From contig JALQVI010000001.1 of the NCBI GenBank assembly GCA_023260395.1, positions 3,692 through 67,691 on the forward strand: a stretch of DNA of 64,000 nt, read 5' to 3'. The notes beneath the pieces were generated by a model, which saw only the letters and a list, made by a program, of their open reading frames with translations, searched no databases and was not told the origin of the DNA. Each line of letters opens with the position of its first letter. Positions within the stretch are counted from its first letter, which is position 1. Below are positions 1 through 9,862 of the stretch, piece by piece. The stretch comes from Candidatus Nanopelagicales bacterium. GTDB taxonomy: Bacteria > Actinomycetota > Actinomycetes > S36-B12 > UBA5976. The position numbers and the translations under genes are program-made.

Positions 1-2
1 AC

Positions 3-107
3 GCTCAGTTGTTGCAGTCTGGCGATGAAGGTGTGGCTGAATTCTTGGACCTCGAGCGCGTAAAGCCCAACACTTTGGGCAACACCCGCATGCTCAAGCA
101 CCTATAG
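3..107 (+). CDS. 3' end of an unidentified upstream gene (partial, runs off the left edge)
   Basis: Frame 3 is open from the window edge to TAG at 105-107 and reads AQLLQSGDEGVAEFLDLERVKPNTLGNTRMLKHL*. It is the only protein-like frame. No family recognised. Confidence 0.3.
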   Translation, partial: AQLLQSGDEGVAEFLDLERVKPNTLGNTRMLKHL

Positions 108-154
108 GTTTCGGCGGTTTCTTAGGGGCAACGTCTCTGCCCTAAAATAGGAAA

Positions 155-1420
155 GTGAAAATCCTCGTAATCGGCAGTGGTGCGAGAGAACACGCGCTAG
201 TGAGGACCTTGCAGCGCGATTCGGGCGTCGAAGTATCGTGTGCCCCAGGTAATGCCGGAATTGCGCAAGATGCGCCGACCTATCCAATTAATGCCACAGA
301 TGGCCCGGCTGTTGTTGCCTTGGCAAAAGAACTTGCTGCGGACCTAGTTGTTATTGGTCCCGAGGCGCCGTTGGTCGCTGGAGTTTCTGATGATCTACGC
401 GCTGCAGGAATTCCAGTTTTTGGCCCATCATCCGCGGCCGCACAACTCGAGGGAAGCAAAGCTTTCGCCAAGCAAGTGATGAACGACGCCGGTGTACCGA
501 CCGCCCGCGCGCATTTGTGCACGACCGTTGATCAGGCCGCCGCAGCACTTGATGATTTTGGTCCGACTTACGTAGTTAAAGACGACGGTCTTGCCGCAGG
601 TAAGGGCGTTGTTGTCACCGATGATCGCCAGGCTGCGCTTGATCACGCTCAGGCATGCATCGAAGGTCGTCCCGACGGTGCTGTTGTCATCGAAGAGTTC
701 CTCGATGGTCCCGAAGTTAGCTTGTTCGGCGTCACTGATGGCACGACCGTTGTTCCATTAAGCCCTGCTCAAGATTTCAAGCGCGTTGCTAACAACGACT
801 TGGGTCCCAACACCGGCGGCATGGGTGCTTATACTCCGTTGCCGTGGGCACCTGCTGGTCTCACCGAAGAAGTTGTCGCCAAGGTGTTGCAACCAACTGT
901 GGACGAGATGGCCGAGCGTGGCACTCCGTTCAGTGGCTTGCTGTATGCAGGACTTGCACTAACGTCACGCGGCACACGTGTCATCGAATTCAATGCGCGT
1001 TTCGGTGATCCTGAAACCCAAGTTGTTCTTACACGCCTTGATTCGCCATTGAGCGAGTTGCTCTTTGCATCTGCAACCGGAACGTTGGCGTCGCTTCCAG
1101 AACTGAAATGGAAGAACGAAAGTGTTGTCACAGTGGTTATGGCTGCCGAGGGTTACCCAGAGTCTCCTGTAACTGGCGCTGTGATTACTGGATTGAACGA
1201 CGTCACTGACGCAACGGTTTTCCACGCAGGCACACGTAACAACGATGGCGACATTGTTGTGAGTGGTGGTCGCGTACTCACTGTCACAGCAAGTGGCGCG
1301 GATTTGCATGAAGCACGCGCCAATGCCTACAACGGCGTAAACCACATCAAGTTTTCCGGTGAACATCACCGCACCGACATTGCCGAACGCGCAGCCAACG
1401 GAGAGGTCCACGTTCCATGA
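155..1420 (+). CDS. purD: phosphoribosylamine--glycine ligase
   Basis: 421-aa ORF with a GTG start after AGGAAAG. N-terminus is MKILVIGSGAREHAL. ATP-grasp PurD motifs are present (VVKDDGLAAGKGV, NARFGDPETQ). Stop overlaps the purB start (ATGA). Confidence 0.95.
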   Translation: MKILVIGSGAREHALVRTLQRDSGVEVSCAPGNAGIAQDAPTYPINATDGPAVVALAKELAADLVVIGPEAPLVAGVSDDLRAAGIPVFGPSSAAAQLEGSKAFAKQVMNDAGVPTARAHLCTTVDQAAAALDDFGPTYVVKDDGLAAGKGVVVTDDRQAALDHAQACIEGRPDGAVVIEEFLDGPEVSLFGVTDGTTVVPLSPAQDFKRVANNDLGPNTGGMGAYTPLPWAPAGLTEEVVAKVLQPTVDEMAERGTPFSGLLYAGLALTSRGTRVIEFNARFGDPETQVVLTRLDSPLSELLFASATGTLASLPELKWKNESVVTVVMAAEGYPESPVTGAVITGLNDVTDATVFHAGTRNNDGDIVVSGGRVLTVTASGADLHEARANAYNGVNHIKFSGEHHRTDIAERAANGEVHVP

Positions 1421-2850
1421 GTAAGCCTTATCTACCGAATGTTCTTGCATCACGTTATGCATCCACAGCAGTTGCCGAAATTTGGTCGCCAGCAAACAAG
1501 ATTGTTCTGGAACGCGGTTTGTGGATTGCAGTCCTCAAGGCCCAAAAGGAACTTGGTATCGATGTTCCTGATGGCGTTATCGAAGCCTATGAAGCTGTTA
1601 TCAATGATGTAAATCTCGAGAGCATTGCAGAACGCGAACGCGTAACGCGTCACGATGTGAAGGCTCGCATCGAAGAGTTCTGCGACCTTGCTGGTCACGA
1701 ACACATTCACAAAGGCATGACAAGCCGCGATCTCACCGAAAATGTTGAACAACTTCAGGTTGTTGCATCGCTTCAGGTTATGCACATGAAGGCTGTTGCA
1801 ACTGCCCGCGTGATTTCTGAACTCGCTGTTCGCTACAGCGATGTTGCGCTGACCGGTCGTAGTCATAACGTTGCAGCCCAGACCACAACACTAGGTAAGC
1901 GATTTGCCTCGGCAGCCGACGAATTGATGGTCGCGATTGCGCGTCTCGAAGATTTGATCGCACGCTACCCACTGCGTGGAATTAAAGGGCCCGTTGGCAC
2001 TGCGCAAGACATGCTCGATCTCTTGGGTGGCGATGCTTCAAAGCTCGCGGACCTCGAGTCACGCATTGCATCGCACTTGGGCTTCGACAACGTGTTCACC
2101 AGCGTCGGCCAGGTTTACCCACGTTCGGTTGATTACGACACCGTGACTGCGCTTGTTCAATTAGCAAGTGGTCCAAGCAGCCTTGCCACAACAATCCGTT
2201 TGATGGCTGGCAATGAACTCGTCACCGAAGGCTTTAAAGAAGGCCAAGTTGGCTCCAGCGCAATGCCACACAAGATGAACACTCGTTCGTGCGAGCGCAT
2301 CAATGGTTTTGCTGTCATTCTTCGAGGCTATGCATCCATGGCCGGCGAACTTTCAGGCAGTCAGTGGAACGAAGGCGATGTCTTCTGCTCAGTCGTTCGT
2401 CGCGTTGCATTGCCTGATGCATTCTTTGCCATGGACGGCTTGCTTGAAACAACTCTGACCGTGCTCGAAGAATTTGGCGCATTCCCAGCAGTTATCGAAC
2501 GAGAACTTCAGCGTTACTTGCCGTTCCTCGCAACGACAAAGATTTTGATGGCCGCCGTGCGCAAGGGCGTTGGTCGCGAAATCGCACACGAAGTCATCAA
2601 GGAGCATGCTGTTGCAGTCGCACTCGACATGCGTGGCCCAGACGGTGGTGGCGGCGAAGTGCTTCTCGACCGCTTAGCAACCGATGGTCGTCTCGAACTG
2701 ACTCTTGATGAACTCAAGGCATTGATTTCACAACCACTCGAGTTCACTGGCGCTGCGCAGGCCCAAGTTGCCGCCGTTGCCCAACAAGTTTCTGCGCTGG
2801 TCGCACGAACCCCGCAAGCCGATACCTACCGTCCGGAGCCAATCCTGTGA
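1417..2850 (+). CDS. purB: adenylosuccinate lyase
   Basis: 477 aa. Carries the fumarate-lyase family signature GSSAMPHKMNTRSCE. Translationally coupled to purD and purC. Confidence 0.95.
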   Translation: MSKPYLPNVLASRYASTAVAEIWSPANKIVLERGLWIAVLKAQKELGIDVPDGVIEAYEAVINDVNLESIAERERVTRHDVKARIEEFCDLAGHEHIHKGMTSRDLTENVEQLQVVASLQVMHMKAVATARVISELAVRYSDVALTGRSHNVAAQTTTLGKRFASAADELMVAIARLEDLIARYPLRGIKGPVGTAQDMLDLLGGDASKLADLESRIASHLGFDNVFTSVGQVYPRSVDYDTVTALVQLASGPSSLATTIRLMAGNELVTEGFKEGQVGSSAMPHKMNTRSCERINGFAVILRGYASMAGELSGSQWNEGDVFCSVVRRVALPDAFFAMDGLLETTLTVLEEFGAFPAVIERELQRYLPFLATTKILMAAVRKGVGREIAHEVIKEHAVAVALDMRGPDGGGGEVLLDRLATDGRLELTLDELKALISQPLEFTGAAQAQVAAVAQQVSALVARTPQADTYRPEPIL

Positions 2851-3740
2851 TCATCGAACCATCCGAATACAACCTGCCAGGTTTTACTCACGTTTATTCC
2901 GGCAAAGTTCGCGACTTGTACGAAGCTGAAGACGGACGTTTGCTTTTCGTCGCAAGCGATCGCATCTCGGCATTCGACTGGGTATTGCCATCTGTCATTC
3001 CAGACAAAGGCCGCATCCTGACCGCAATGTCATTGTGGTGGTTTGATCGTCTCGAAGACATCGTGCCGAATCACATTTTGTCGACAAATGTTCCAGCACC
3101 TGTTGCCGGTCGTGCGACTTACTGCGAGCGCTTGGACATGTTGCCTGTTGAGTGTGTTGCTCGCGGTTACCTGACTGGTTCGGGACTTGTTGACTACAAG
3201 GCCAATGGAAATATCTGTGGCGTTGGTTTGCCGCCGGGTCTAGTCGATGGTTCGAAACTTCCAAAGCCAATCTTTACGCCAGCGACCAAAGCTGCAATCG
3301 GTGATCACGACGAAAACGTTACGTTCGACGAAGTCATGGCGACCATCGGTGGGGAAGAAGCTCAACAGCTTCGTCGACTGACCCTTGCCGTTTATGAAAC
3401 CGCTACGCGTATCGCAGGTGGTCGCGGAATTATTCTCGCGGACACCAAACTCGAGTTTGGTTTCGGTTTGCGTGGCACGCACAAGGATCAAATCGTTCTT
3501 GCTGACGAAGTTCTCACCCCGGACTCATCACGTTTCTGGCCAGCGGAATCATGGAAGCCAGGTCAACAACAGCCTTCGTATGACAAGCAGTTCGTGCGTG
3601 ACTGGTTGCTGTCGCCTGAATCAGGTTGGGACAAGAACTCGGGCGAAGCTCCACCGGCGTTGCCAGATGAAGTTATTGAAAAGACTCGCGAACGTTATGT
3701 CGCCGCTTACGAGCAACTGACAGGCAAGCGTTTTCAGTAA
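2847..3740 (+). CDS. purC: phosphoribosylaminoimidazole-succinocarboxamide (SAICAR) synthase
   Basis: 297 aa, long actinobacterial form. Motifs YSGKVRDLY, ILADTKLEFG and DKQFVRDWL. GTGA overlap with purB. Confidence 0.93.
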   Translation: MIIEPSEYNLPGFTHVYSGKVRDLYEAEDGRLLFVASDRISAFDWVLPSVIPDKGRILTAMSLWWFDRLEDIVPNHILSTNVPAPVAGRATYCERLDMLPVECVARGYLTGSGLVDYKANGNICGVGLPPGLVDGSKLPKPIFTPATKAAIGDHDENVTFDEVMATIGGEEAQQLRRLTLAVYETATRIAGGRGIILADTKLEFGFGLRGTHKDQIVLADEVLTPDSSRFWPAESWKPGQQQPSYDKQFVRDWLLSPESGWDKNSGEAPPALPDEVIEKTRERYVAAYEQLTGKRFQ

Positions 3741-4054
3741 TGAAGTTTGAGCCGCCATACATCGCCGTTGTTTTCACGAGCACTCGCACACTGGGTGACG
3801 AAGGATACGGCGATATGAGCGATCACATGGTCGACCTCGTTAATCAGGTCGATGGATTCCTCGGCATGGAGAGTGTTCGCGGCGCAGATGGTCGTGGAAT
3901 TACCGTCGGTTATTTCCGTGACGATGAGGCCTTAAAAACTTGGCGCGAAAATCTCGAGCATCGTGAAGCCATGCAACTCGGTCGGGAAAAGTGGTACGAC
4001 GAATACTCGTTACACATTTCGCGCGTCGAACGCAGCTACACCTGGAAGCGTTAA
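3740..4054 (+). CDS. small ABM (antibiotic-biosynthesis-monooxygenase)-fold protein
   Basis: 104 aa. Size and pattern (IAVVFTS...GFLGMESVR...GITVGYFRDDEALKTWRENLEHREAMQLG) are typical of the dimeric alpha/beta-barrel ABM family. TAATG coupling to purC. Confidence 0.6.
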   Translation: MKFEPPYIAVVFTSTRTLGDEGYGDMSDHMVDLVNQVDGFLGMESVRGADGRGITVGYFRDDEALKTWRENLEHREAMQLGREKWYDEYSLHISRVERSYTWKR

Positions 4055-4103
4055 ACTTTGAGTGGTTCGTTAAACCGGATTGAGCATTCGATCTGTTTGT
4101 TTG

Positions 4104-4135
4104 AAAAAGGCTTCCGATAAACCGGAAGCCTTTTT
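4104..4135. terminator. bidirectional rho-independent terminator between convergent genes
   Basis: 8-bp stem GGCTTCCG/CGGAAGCC (4109-4116 and 4123-4130) with a 6-nt loop. An A5 run lies on the left and a T5 run on the right. Confidence 0.75.
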
Positions 4136-4149
4136 CGATTGCCAAACAG

Positions 4150-5784
4150 TTATTCGTTCCAGCGCGGGCTAGTGCTCTTGGGCGGGTAAAGCTTTTCGCG
4201 CAGCAAGATGATTCCTGGTTGCTTCAGGTCAAGGGCGTCGCCCAAATCTTCGAGCGTGGTTTCAGTGAACGATAAGCCATAAGCCTGTGCAAGCACTGCC
4301 CAATCTGGCGAGAACAAATCAACGCCGCGTTCAGGATGACCCATCACAATCTGGTCGAAGCGAAGCATTCCGTATCCACCGTCGTCAACGATGAGCAGCG
4401 TGTACGGCAAATTCTCTTGACGGATAGTGGCAAGCTCACCAACTGCAAACGCGACGCCACCGTCACCACAAATTGCAAGTGTCTGTTGACCCGCAGCAGC
4501 TGGACCAATCGCAGCCGGTAAACCAAAGCCAAGTGTGCCCCAACCTACGGGGTAGGCAAGACGTCGTGGTCGTGGCTGGTTTCCGTAAACACCGTTCCAG
4601 TAACCAGCAACCGCCATGTCACACACAATCGCGCCATCGGCTGGCCAATGCTCTTCGATGATTTCAACCATCTGAATTCCGCGCGCAGACTTTTCATCAT
4701 TCTTCAAACGATGGCGAATCACTCGATTCAAAGTCGACACATCAACCCATTCATTGTGTGGCTTTGTGTCGCCAATTAAGTGCGTCGCGACTTCAGCAAT
4801 ATCATTCGCAATAAGCACTGCAGTTGGATCAATGTTGCGCATCGCGACAGTTGGTTCAACGTCAACCAGCACCACTGTCGATGGCCAAGGCAAATTCCAG
4901 TTCTTAGTATTCATGCCATCAAGCTGGCTACCGAAAACGACGAGAGCATCAGCCGCGCCAAGCACTTGCTCAACCTCAGGTTCGTGAATCGGCGCGCGAA
5001 GTGTATATGGCGAATCAGCTGCGATTCCACGACCCGCAAACGACGTCAAAATCGGAGCATTCCAATGCGCGGCCAACGCTGCGATTTCCTGGCTGCCATC
5101 AACCGCGCCACCGCCGGCCCAAATCACAATCTTGTTCGCATCTTTGAGTGCTGCAACTGTTGCGGCAGTATCAACCGAGATTCGTTCTTGTCCCATTTCC
5201 ACAGTCGGCATTGCCGAAGTAAATGGCTGTGACAACACATCCGCCGGAATGCCGAGGTAGCCAGCGCCAGCCGGAGCGCGCAGCAAATCACGAATCATCT
5301 CAGCAGCAACATCGACGGCAGTTACGCCATCGGTCACACTCACGGCCATTGCTACACCATGAAGTTTCTTCGCAAGCGGCGCGAATAACGCAGCTTGGTC
5401 ATCCATCTCGTGCAACATGCCGCGCGTGCCTTCAGGCGAGCGCTTACCGATAGGTGCCTCGGAAGAAATAACAAACACGGGTGAACCCGATACCGCCGCT
5501 TCACCAAAAGCTGCAATCGTGTTTGCGGCTCCTGGCCCAGTTGTGGTCAATGCCACAGAGATCTGACCGGTCGTTCGAGCCAACCCATCGGCGGCGTACG
5601 CACACGTCTGTTCATGGCGAACACCCACAATTGACGGGCGATTTTCAGCGAGGGCGTCCCAAAATGCCAGGTTGTGCACGCCCGGAATGCCGAACGTAAC
5701 TCGCACGCCTGCCTGCCACAATAAATCTAAGATGGCTCCGGCCACAGTTGGCGTATTTGGTGCGTCATACTGAGTCATACACAC
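4150..5784 (-). CDS. thiamine-pyrophosphate-dependent enzyme, acetolactate-synthase-like family (specific reaction unknown)
   Basis: 544 aa with an N-terminal TPP Pyr domain (GIPGVHNLAFWDAL...HEQTCAYAADGLAR). C-terminal TPP motif is GDGGVAFAVGELATIRQENLPYTLLIVDDGGYGML. The start could be 5784 or 5778. Confidence 0.8.
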   Translation of the reverse strand: MCMTQYDAPNTPTVAGAILDLLWQAGVRVTFGIPGVHNLAFWDALAENRPSIVGVRHEQTCAYAADGLARTTGQISVALTTTGPGAANTIAAFGEAAVSGSPVFVISSEAPIGKRSPEGTRGMLHEMDDQAALFAPLAKKLHGVAMAVSVTDGVTAVDVAAEMIRDLLRAPAGAGYLGIPADVLSQPFTSAMPTVEMGQERISVDTAATVAALKDANKIVIWAGGGAVDGSQEIAALAAHWNAPILTSFAGRGIAADSPYTLRAPIHEPEVEQVLGAADALVVFGSQLDGMNTKNWNLPWPSTVVLVDVEPTVAMRNIDPTAVLIANDIAEVATHLIGDTKPHNEWVDVSTLNRVIRHRLKNDEKSARGIQMVEIIEEHWPADGAIVCDMAVAGYWNGVYGNQPRPRRLAYPVGWGTLGFGLPAAIGPAAAGQQTLAICGDGGVAFAVGELATIRQENLPYTLLIVDDGGYGMLRFDQIVMGHPERGVDLFSPDWAVLAQAYGLSFTETTLEDLGDALDLKQPGIILLREKLYPPKSTSPRWNE

Positions 5785-5822
5785 ACTTTAGCGAGCAAAG
5801 AAGAGGCAAAAGGTAAATCGCA

Positions 5823-6989
5823 ATGGCTAATCTTCCAGAACAAGTCGACGTTGTAGTTGTGGGCGGCGGCGTCATGGGTGCATCCGCTGCATTCCACCTT
5901 GCCGAGGCCGGCGTGAGCGTATTGCTCGTTGAAAAGAATGAACTTGCTAGCGGTTCAACATCAAAGGCTGCAGGCGGCGTTCGTGCGAACTTCTCCGATG
6001 AACTCAACGTCGCAATCGGTGCACGTTCACTCGGCTTGCTCGCCGACTTCAACACTCGTCCAGGTCAAGAAATCGACCTCCATCGTCCTGGCTACATGTT
6101 CGCATTGACCCGTCCCGAGGACGTTGCACTTTTCGAACGTTCAATGGCGATTCATCATCAGTTCGGCGTTCGTTCCGAAATGCTGACGCCTGAACAAGCT
6201 CATGCCAAGAACCCAATCTTGAACGTCGAAGACGTTCTGGCTGCACACATCACGCCTGACGATGGTTACTGCACACCAGAATCCGTCGTAATGGGTTACG
6301 CCTCGGGCGCCCGTCGTCACGGTGCAACTGTGCTGACAAATGTTGAAGCAACAGGCGTCACTGTTGTTGGTGGCGAAATCACTGCAGTTCAAACATCTGC
6401 CGGCGAAGTCAAGACCAGCGCAGTCATCAACTGTGCCGGTGCTTGGTCGCCTGCAATTGGCGCAATGGTTGGCCTCGACCTTCCAGTAAAGCCACTCAAG
6501 CGCGAGCTCCTCATCACCGAACCACTCGGCGCTGACTTTGATGACGTACCTGCTGACATGCCGATGACAATCGATTACGCGACTTCGTTGTACTGGCACC
6601 GCGAAGGCAAGGGTCTGTTGATGGGCTTCTCGGACAAGTCAACGGATTACGGCTGGGACCTCACGCGCGATCCAGCATTCCCAGAAAAGCTTGCTGAACT
6701 GGCTTACCACCGCGCACCTCGATTGCTCGAAGTTGGCGTTGGTCGTGGTTGGGCTGGCTATTACGACGTGGCTCCAGACCACAACGCAATCCTTGGCGAA
6801 TACTCCGGGGTATCACGCATGTTGTACGCAACAGGTTTCAGCGGCCACGGATTCCTGCAAGGTCCAGCCATCGGCGAAATCTTGCGCGATCTCTACCTTG
6901 GTGAAAAGCCGTTCGTCGATATCTCGCCAATGAGTGCCGATCGTTTTGCAAACGGTGGCCAGCTTCGCCCCGAAGCCAACATCGTTTAA
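5823..6989 (+). CDS. FAD-dependent oxidoreductase (DAO / sarcosine-oxidase-beta-like family)
   Basis: 388 aa with an N-terminal dinucleotide fold, VDVVVVGGGVMGASAAFHLAEAGVSVLLVEK. C-terminal GFSGHGFLQGPAIGE is typical of the DAO family. Confidence 0.8.
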   Translation: MANLPEQVDVVVVGGGVMGASAAFHLAEAGVSVLLVEKNELASGSTSKAAGGVRANFSDELNVAIGARSLGLLADFNTRPGQEIDLHRPGYMFALTRPEDVALFERSMAIHHQFGVRSEMLTPEQAHAKNPILNVEDVLAAHITPDDGYCTPESVVMGYASGARRHGATVLTNVEATGVTVVGGEITAVQTSAGEVKTSAVINCAGAWSPAIGAMVGLDLPVKPLKRELLITEPLGADFDDVPADMPMTIDYATSLYWHREGKGLLMGFSDKSTDYGWDLTRDPAFPEKLAELAYHRAPRLLEVGVGRGWAGYYDVAPDHNAILGEYSGVSRMLYATGFSGHGFLQGPAIGEILRDLYLGEKPFVDISPMSADRFANGGQLRPEANIV

Positions 6990-6993
6990 TTGC

Positions 6994-7683
6994 ATGAGTA
7001 AATTTCTCGATTGGATTCGTCCGGCCCTTACAGTCCCCGTGACTCCATGGGGTGCGGGCGAATCCAATTGGAAAGCTGGTCCAAAAACTCTGTTCGTACT
7101 TATCGCGGGCCTCTGGCTTTTCGGCACCGGTGAAGCTGCATTTGTTGCATCCAATATTGGTGTTTCACCATGGGTAGTTTTTGCCCAAGGTATTTCGAAA
7201 CTCACTGGCCTGTCCATCGGATGGTCAACGTTCTATATTTCGTGTTCCGTTCTGTTGTTGTGGATTCCACTTAAGCGACGACCAGGTCTTGGAACTGTCA
7301 TGAACATCATCGTGATTGCGCTTGCACTCCAGGTCATGATTCCGGTTTTCCCAACGCCAACGAATCTCGGTCTACAAATTGCCGAAGACTTGTTCGGCAT
7401 CATCTTGGTGGGTTTTGGTAGCGCTCTCTACATCACGAGCAACCTCGGTCCAGGTCCACGTGATGGCCTTATGACCGGACTTCACTATAAAACTGGCATT
7501 CGCATTGGTCGCGTGCGCACAATGATTGAAATTGTTGTTCTTTCGATTGGTTGGGCCATGGGCGGCACGGTTGGAATCGGCACCTTGCTCTTTGCTGGTC
7601 TAATTGGCCAAAGCATCGCCATGGCCTTTGGAATCATCAGTCGCGTTGCGCCTCAACCGACACCTGAGATTGCGTCAGCTTAA
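6994..7683 (+). CDS. YczE/YitT-like integral membrane protein
   Basis: The ATG at 6994 (MSKFLDW) avoids overlap with the upstream gene; the ORF-track start at 6934 lies inside it. About 6 TM segments. Repeated motifs SNIGVSPWVVF and SNLGPGPRDGLMTG. Confidence 0.65.
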   Translation: MSKFLDWIRPALTVPVTPWGAGESNWKAGPKTLFVLIAGLWLFGTGEAAFVASNIGVSPWVVFAQGISKLTGLSIGWSTFYISCSVLLLWIPLKRRPGLGTVMNIIVIALALQVMIPVFPTPTNLGLQIAEDLFGIILVGFGSALYITSNLGPGPRDGLMTGLHYKTGIRIGRVRTMIEIVVLSIGWAMGGTVGIGTLLFAGLIGQSIAMAFGIISRVAPQPTPEIASA

Positions 7684-7684
7684 G

Positions 7685-8674
7685 TTAAACCGCTTCGCTA
7701 ACTTCCGACGAGACAACTACGTGCTCGTTGTCGTCGCCACTATGTTCACGCGCATTCTCCGCGATATAAACGCCAGCCAAAATAACTATGCCACCGAGAA
7801 TCTGAATCAAGCTCAACGCTTCGCCTAACACAATCCATGCTACGACTGCGGCAATCGGCGGTTCAGTGATGCCCATGATGCTTGCGCCGGCTCCACCGAT
7901 GTGACGAATCGAATTGATAACCAAAATATATGGCGCCACGGTTCCAAACAACACCATGTACATAAAGAATGGCCAGATTGGATATTGGAAATGGCTACCT
8001 TCAAAAGGTGTGACAGTTGCGCTTAGTGACGACCAGGGGAAGCTTCCCCATGAACGCATGATGCCAAAGAACAGCGCCGAAAAAGTAAACGCCCACATCA
8101 ACAGTGAAATCGGATCGCGACGCTGACTTGCTTTATCGCCAATTAGATACATGACAATGAGGCAGGACATCGAGCCCATTGCAAAAAATAATCCGACCTT
8201 GTTGAGCGTGACGCCGTTCCAGACTTCTTGAACTAATGCCAGACCGGCAATTGCAAGTGCAAGCCCAATCCACACGGTTGAACGCACCGGCTGATGCCAT
8301 ACGAAACGCACAAACAGCACCACAAAAATTGGCGCCATAAATTCAATGAGCAAACTTACCGTGATTGGGATGCGCGAAATTGATTCAAAGTAAAACCATT
8401 GACACATTGCCACGCCAATGATGCCGTAAGCAGCGAGCATCAAAGCTTCTTTAACCGTGATCCGGAAAGCGTTTCGGTTCGTTGCGGCAACCCACACAAT
8501 CAGAACTAGCGCCGTTGCCGTTCCACGAAATTGCGAAACTCGAAGTGGGTCGCCAACTTCCTGCAGTACGACTTTAGAAACTGTGCCATTCACGGCCCAC
8601 AATGTTGCAGCGCCGAGATAGAGCAGATAGCCGAGCTTGGGATTCTTAACGTGTTCCGCTTGATGCCGAGCCAT
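7685..8674 (-). CDS. EamA/DMT-family transporter
   Basis: 10-TM protein with duplicated EamA-like halves. The start is taken at Met15 of the ORF (8674), which still overlaps the glgA 3' end by 29 nt. Confidence 0.75.
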   Translation of the reverse strand: MARHQAEHVKNPKLGYLLYLGAATLWAVNGTVSKVVLQEVGDPLRVSQFRGTATALVLIVWVAATNRNAFRITVKEALMLAAYGIIGVAMCQWFYFESISRIPITVSLLIEFMAPIFVVLFVRFVWHQPVRSTVWIGLALAIAGLALVQEVWNGVTLNKVGLFFAMGSMSCLIVMYLIGDKASQRRDPISLLMWAFTFSALFFGIMRSWGSFPWSSLSATVTPFEGSHFQYPIWPFFMYMVLFGTVAPYILVINSIRHIGGAGASIMGITEPPIAAVVAWIVLGEALSLIQILGGIVILAGVYIAENAREHSGDDNEHVVVSSEVSEAV

Positions 8675-9827
8675 CTGAGATCGCTTTCTGATAAATCGCA
8701 ATTGTTTCTTTTGCAATCCGATCCCAGCCGAATTCAGTTACAGCTCGTTCTCGGCCCGCTTGACCCATGCGCTGACCCAATGCTGGGTCTGTAACTACAA
8801 GACTAAGAGCAGCAGCAATCCCATTCTCAAACGATTCAGTGTCATTTTGGTCATAGTGAACTAATGTTCCTGTAACCCCGTCGACAACAACCTCAGGAAT
8901 GCCGCCGACGTCGGATGCAACGACAGGAACTTCGCAAGCCATTGCCTCGAGGTTGACGATGCCAAGCGGTTCATAAATCGAGGGGCAAGCAAATACCGCC
9001 GCATGTGAAAGCACCTGAACAAGTTCCGGTCGAGGTAATTGGTCTTTGAGCCAATGGATGCCCGTTCGCGTCGAAGAAAGTTTTGAGATTTGATCAGATA
9101 CTTCTTGGCCAAGTTCCGGTGTATCAGGCGAAGAGGCACACAAAACGAGAGCAACTTCAGGTGGCAATTGCTCAGCTGCGCGCAATAGATGCATGATGCC
9201 TTTTTGGCGAGTGATTCGACCAACAAATAGCACGTAAGGTCGTTGCGGATCGATTCCATGCTTCACGAGCGCCGAATTGTCGGAAACGCGCGAAATCGCA
9301 TCAGTATCGATGCCGTTGTAGACAACGTGCACCTTGGCGGGGTCTACTTCTGGGTAGCAATCCAAAATGTCGTTGCGCATTCCGTTGCTCACGGCGATGA
9401 TTGCATCCGCGGCCAGGTAAGCCGTCTTTTCGGCCCAACTTGAAATCCGATATCCGCCACCGAGTTGTTCGGCTTTCCACGGTCGACGAGGTTCAAGTGA
9501 GTGCGCGGTCAAAACGTGTGGGATGCCGTGGAGCATTGAACCGATGTGCCCAGCCATGTTGGCATACCAAGTGTGAGAGTGAACAACGTCTGCTTGGGCA
9601 AAATCTCGAACCATTTCAAGGTTAATTCCAAGGGTTTGGACTGCTGGATTGGCTGTTTCCAACTCAGTTGGCGTCTCGTAAGACTTGGCACCTTCTTTTG
9701 GTTCGCCAAAGGCGTGGACGTCGACATCCACCAGTTTGCGCAACTCTGCAACTAAGTGTTCAACATGAACGCCAGCACCGCCATAGATCTCGGGCGGCCA
9801 TTCTTTTGAAACAATTGAGATTTTCAC
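8646..9827 (-). CDS. glgA: glycogen synthase (GT4, actinobacterial GlgA type)
   Basis: 393 aa with N-terminus [26 protein letters not shown]-terminal GT-B motif is [29 protein letters not shown]. Divergent from glgC, as in mycobacteria. Confidence 0.88.
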   Translation of the reverse strand: MKISIVSKEWPPEIYGGAGVHVEHLVAELRKLVDVDVHAFGEPKEGAKSYETPTELETANPAVQTLGINLEMVRDFAQADVVHSHTWYANMAGHIGSMLHGIPHVLTAHSLEPRRPWKAEQLGGGYRISSWAEKTAYLAADAIIAVSNGMRNDILDCYPEVDPAKVHVVYNGIDTDAISRVSDNSALVKHGIDPQRPYVLFVGRITRQKGIMHLLRAAEQLPPEVALVLCASSPDTPELGQEVSDQISKLSSTRTGIHWLKDQLPRPELVQVLSHAAVFACPSIYEPLGIVNLEAMACEVPVVASDVGGIPEVVVDGVTGTLVHYDQNDTESFENGIAAALSLVVTDPALGQRMGQAGRERAVTEFGWDRIAKETIAIYQKAISDGSASSGTR

Positions 9828-9862
9828 AACTTAAGACTAGGGCTTTTGAGTACTGTTGGAGG

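Noticed and set aside
122-145. Small stem TTAGGG-(12 nt)-CCCTAA between the upstream gene and purD as a terminator
   Set aside because: It has only 6 bp, a large loop and no following T-tract. That is too weak to call.
9668-9862. Long N-terminal extension of the glgC ORF as given by the ORF track
   Set aside because: The extension overlaps the glgA coding region on the other strand and translates to Arg/His-rich nonsense. The conserved GlgC N-terminus ([14 protein letters not shown]) begins just after the GTG at 9863. The ORF-track starts of pstB (12005), the YczE-like gene (6934), the DUF4395 gene (29835), nuoH (60037), menG (51909), the EamA gene (8716) and ppk (18423) were trimmed for similar reasons.
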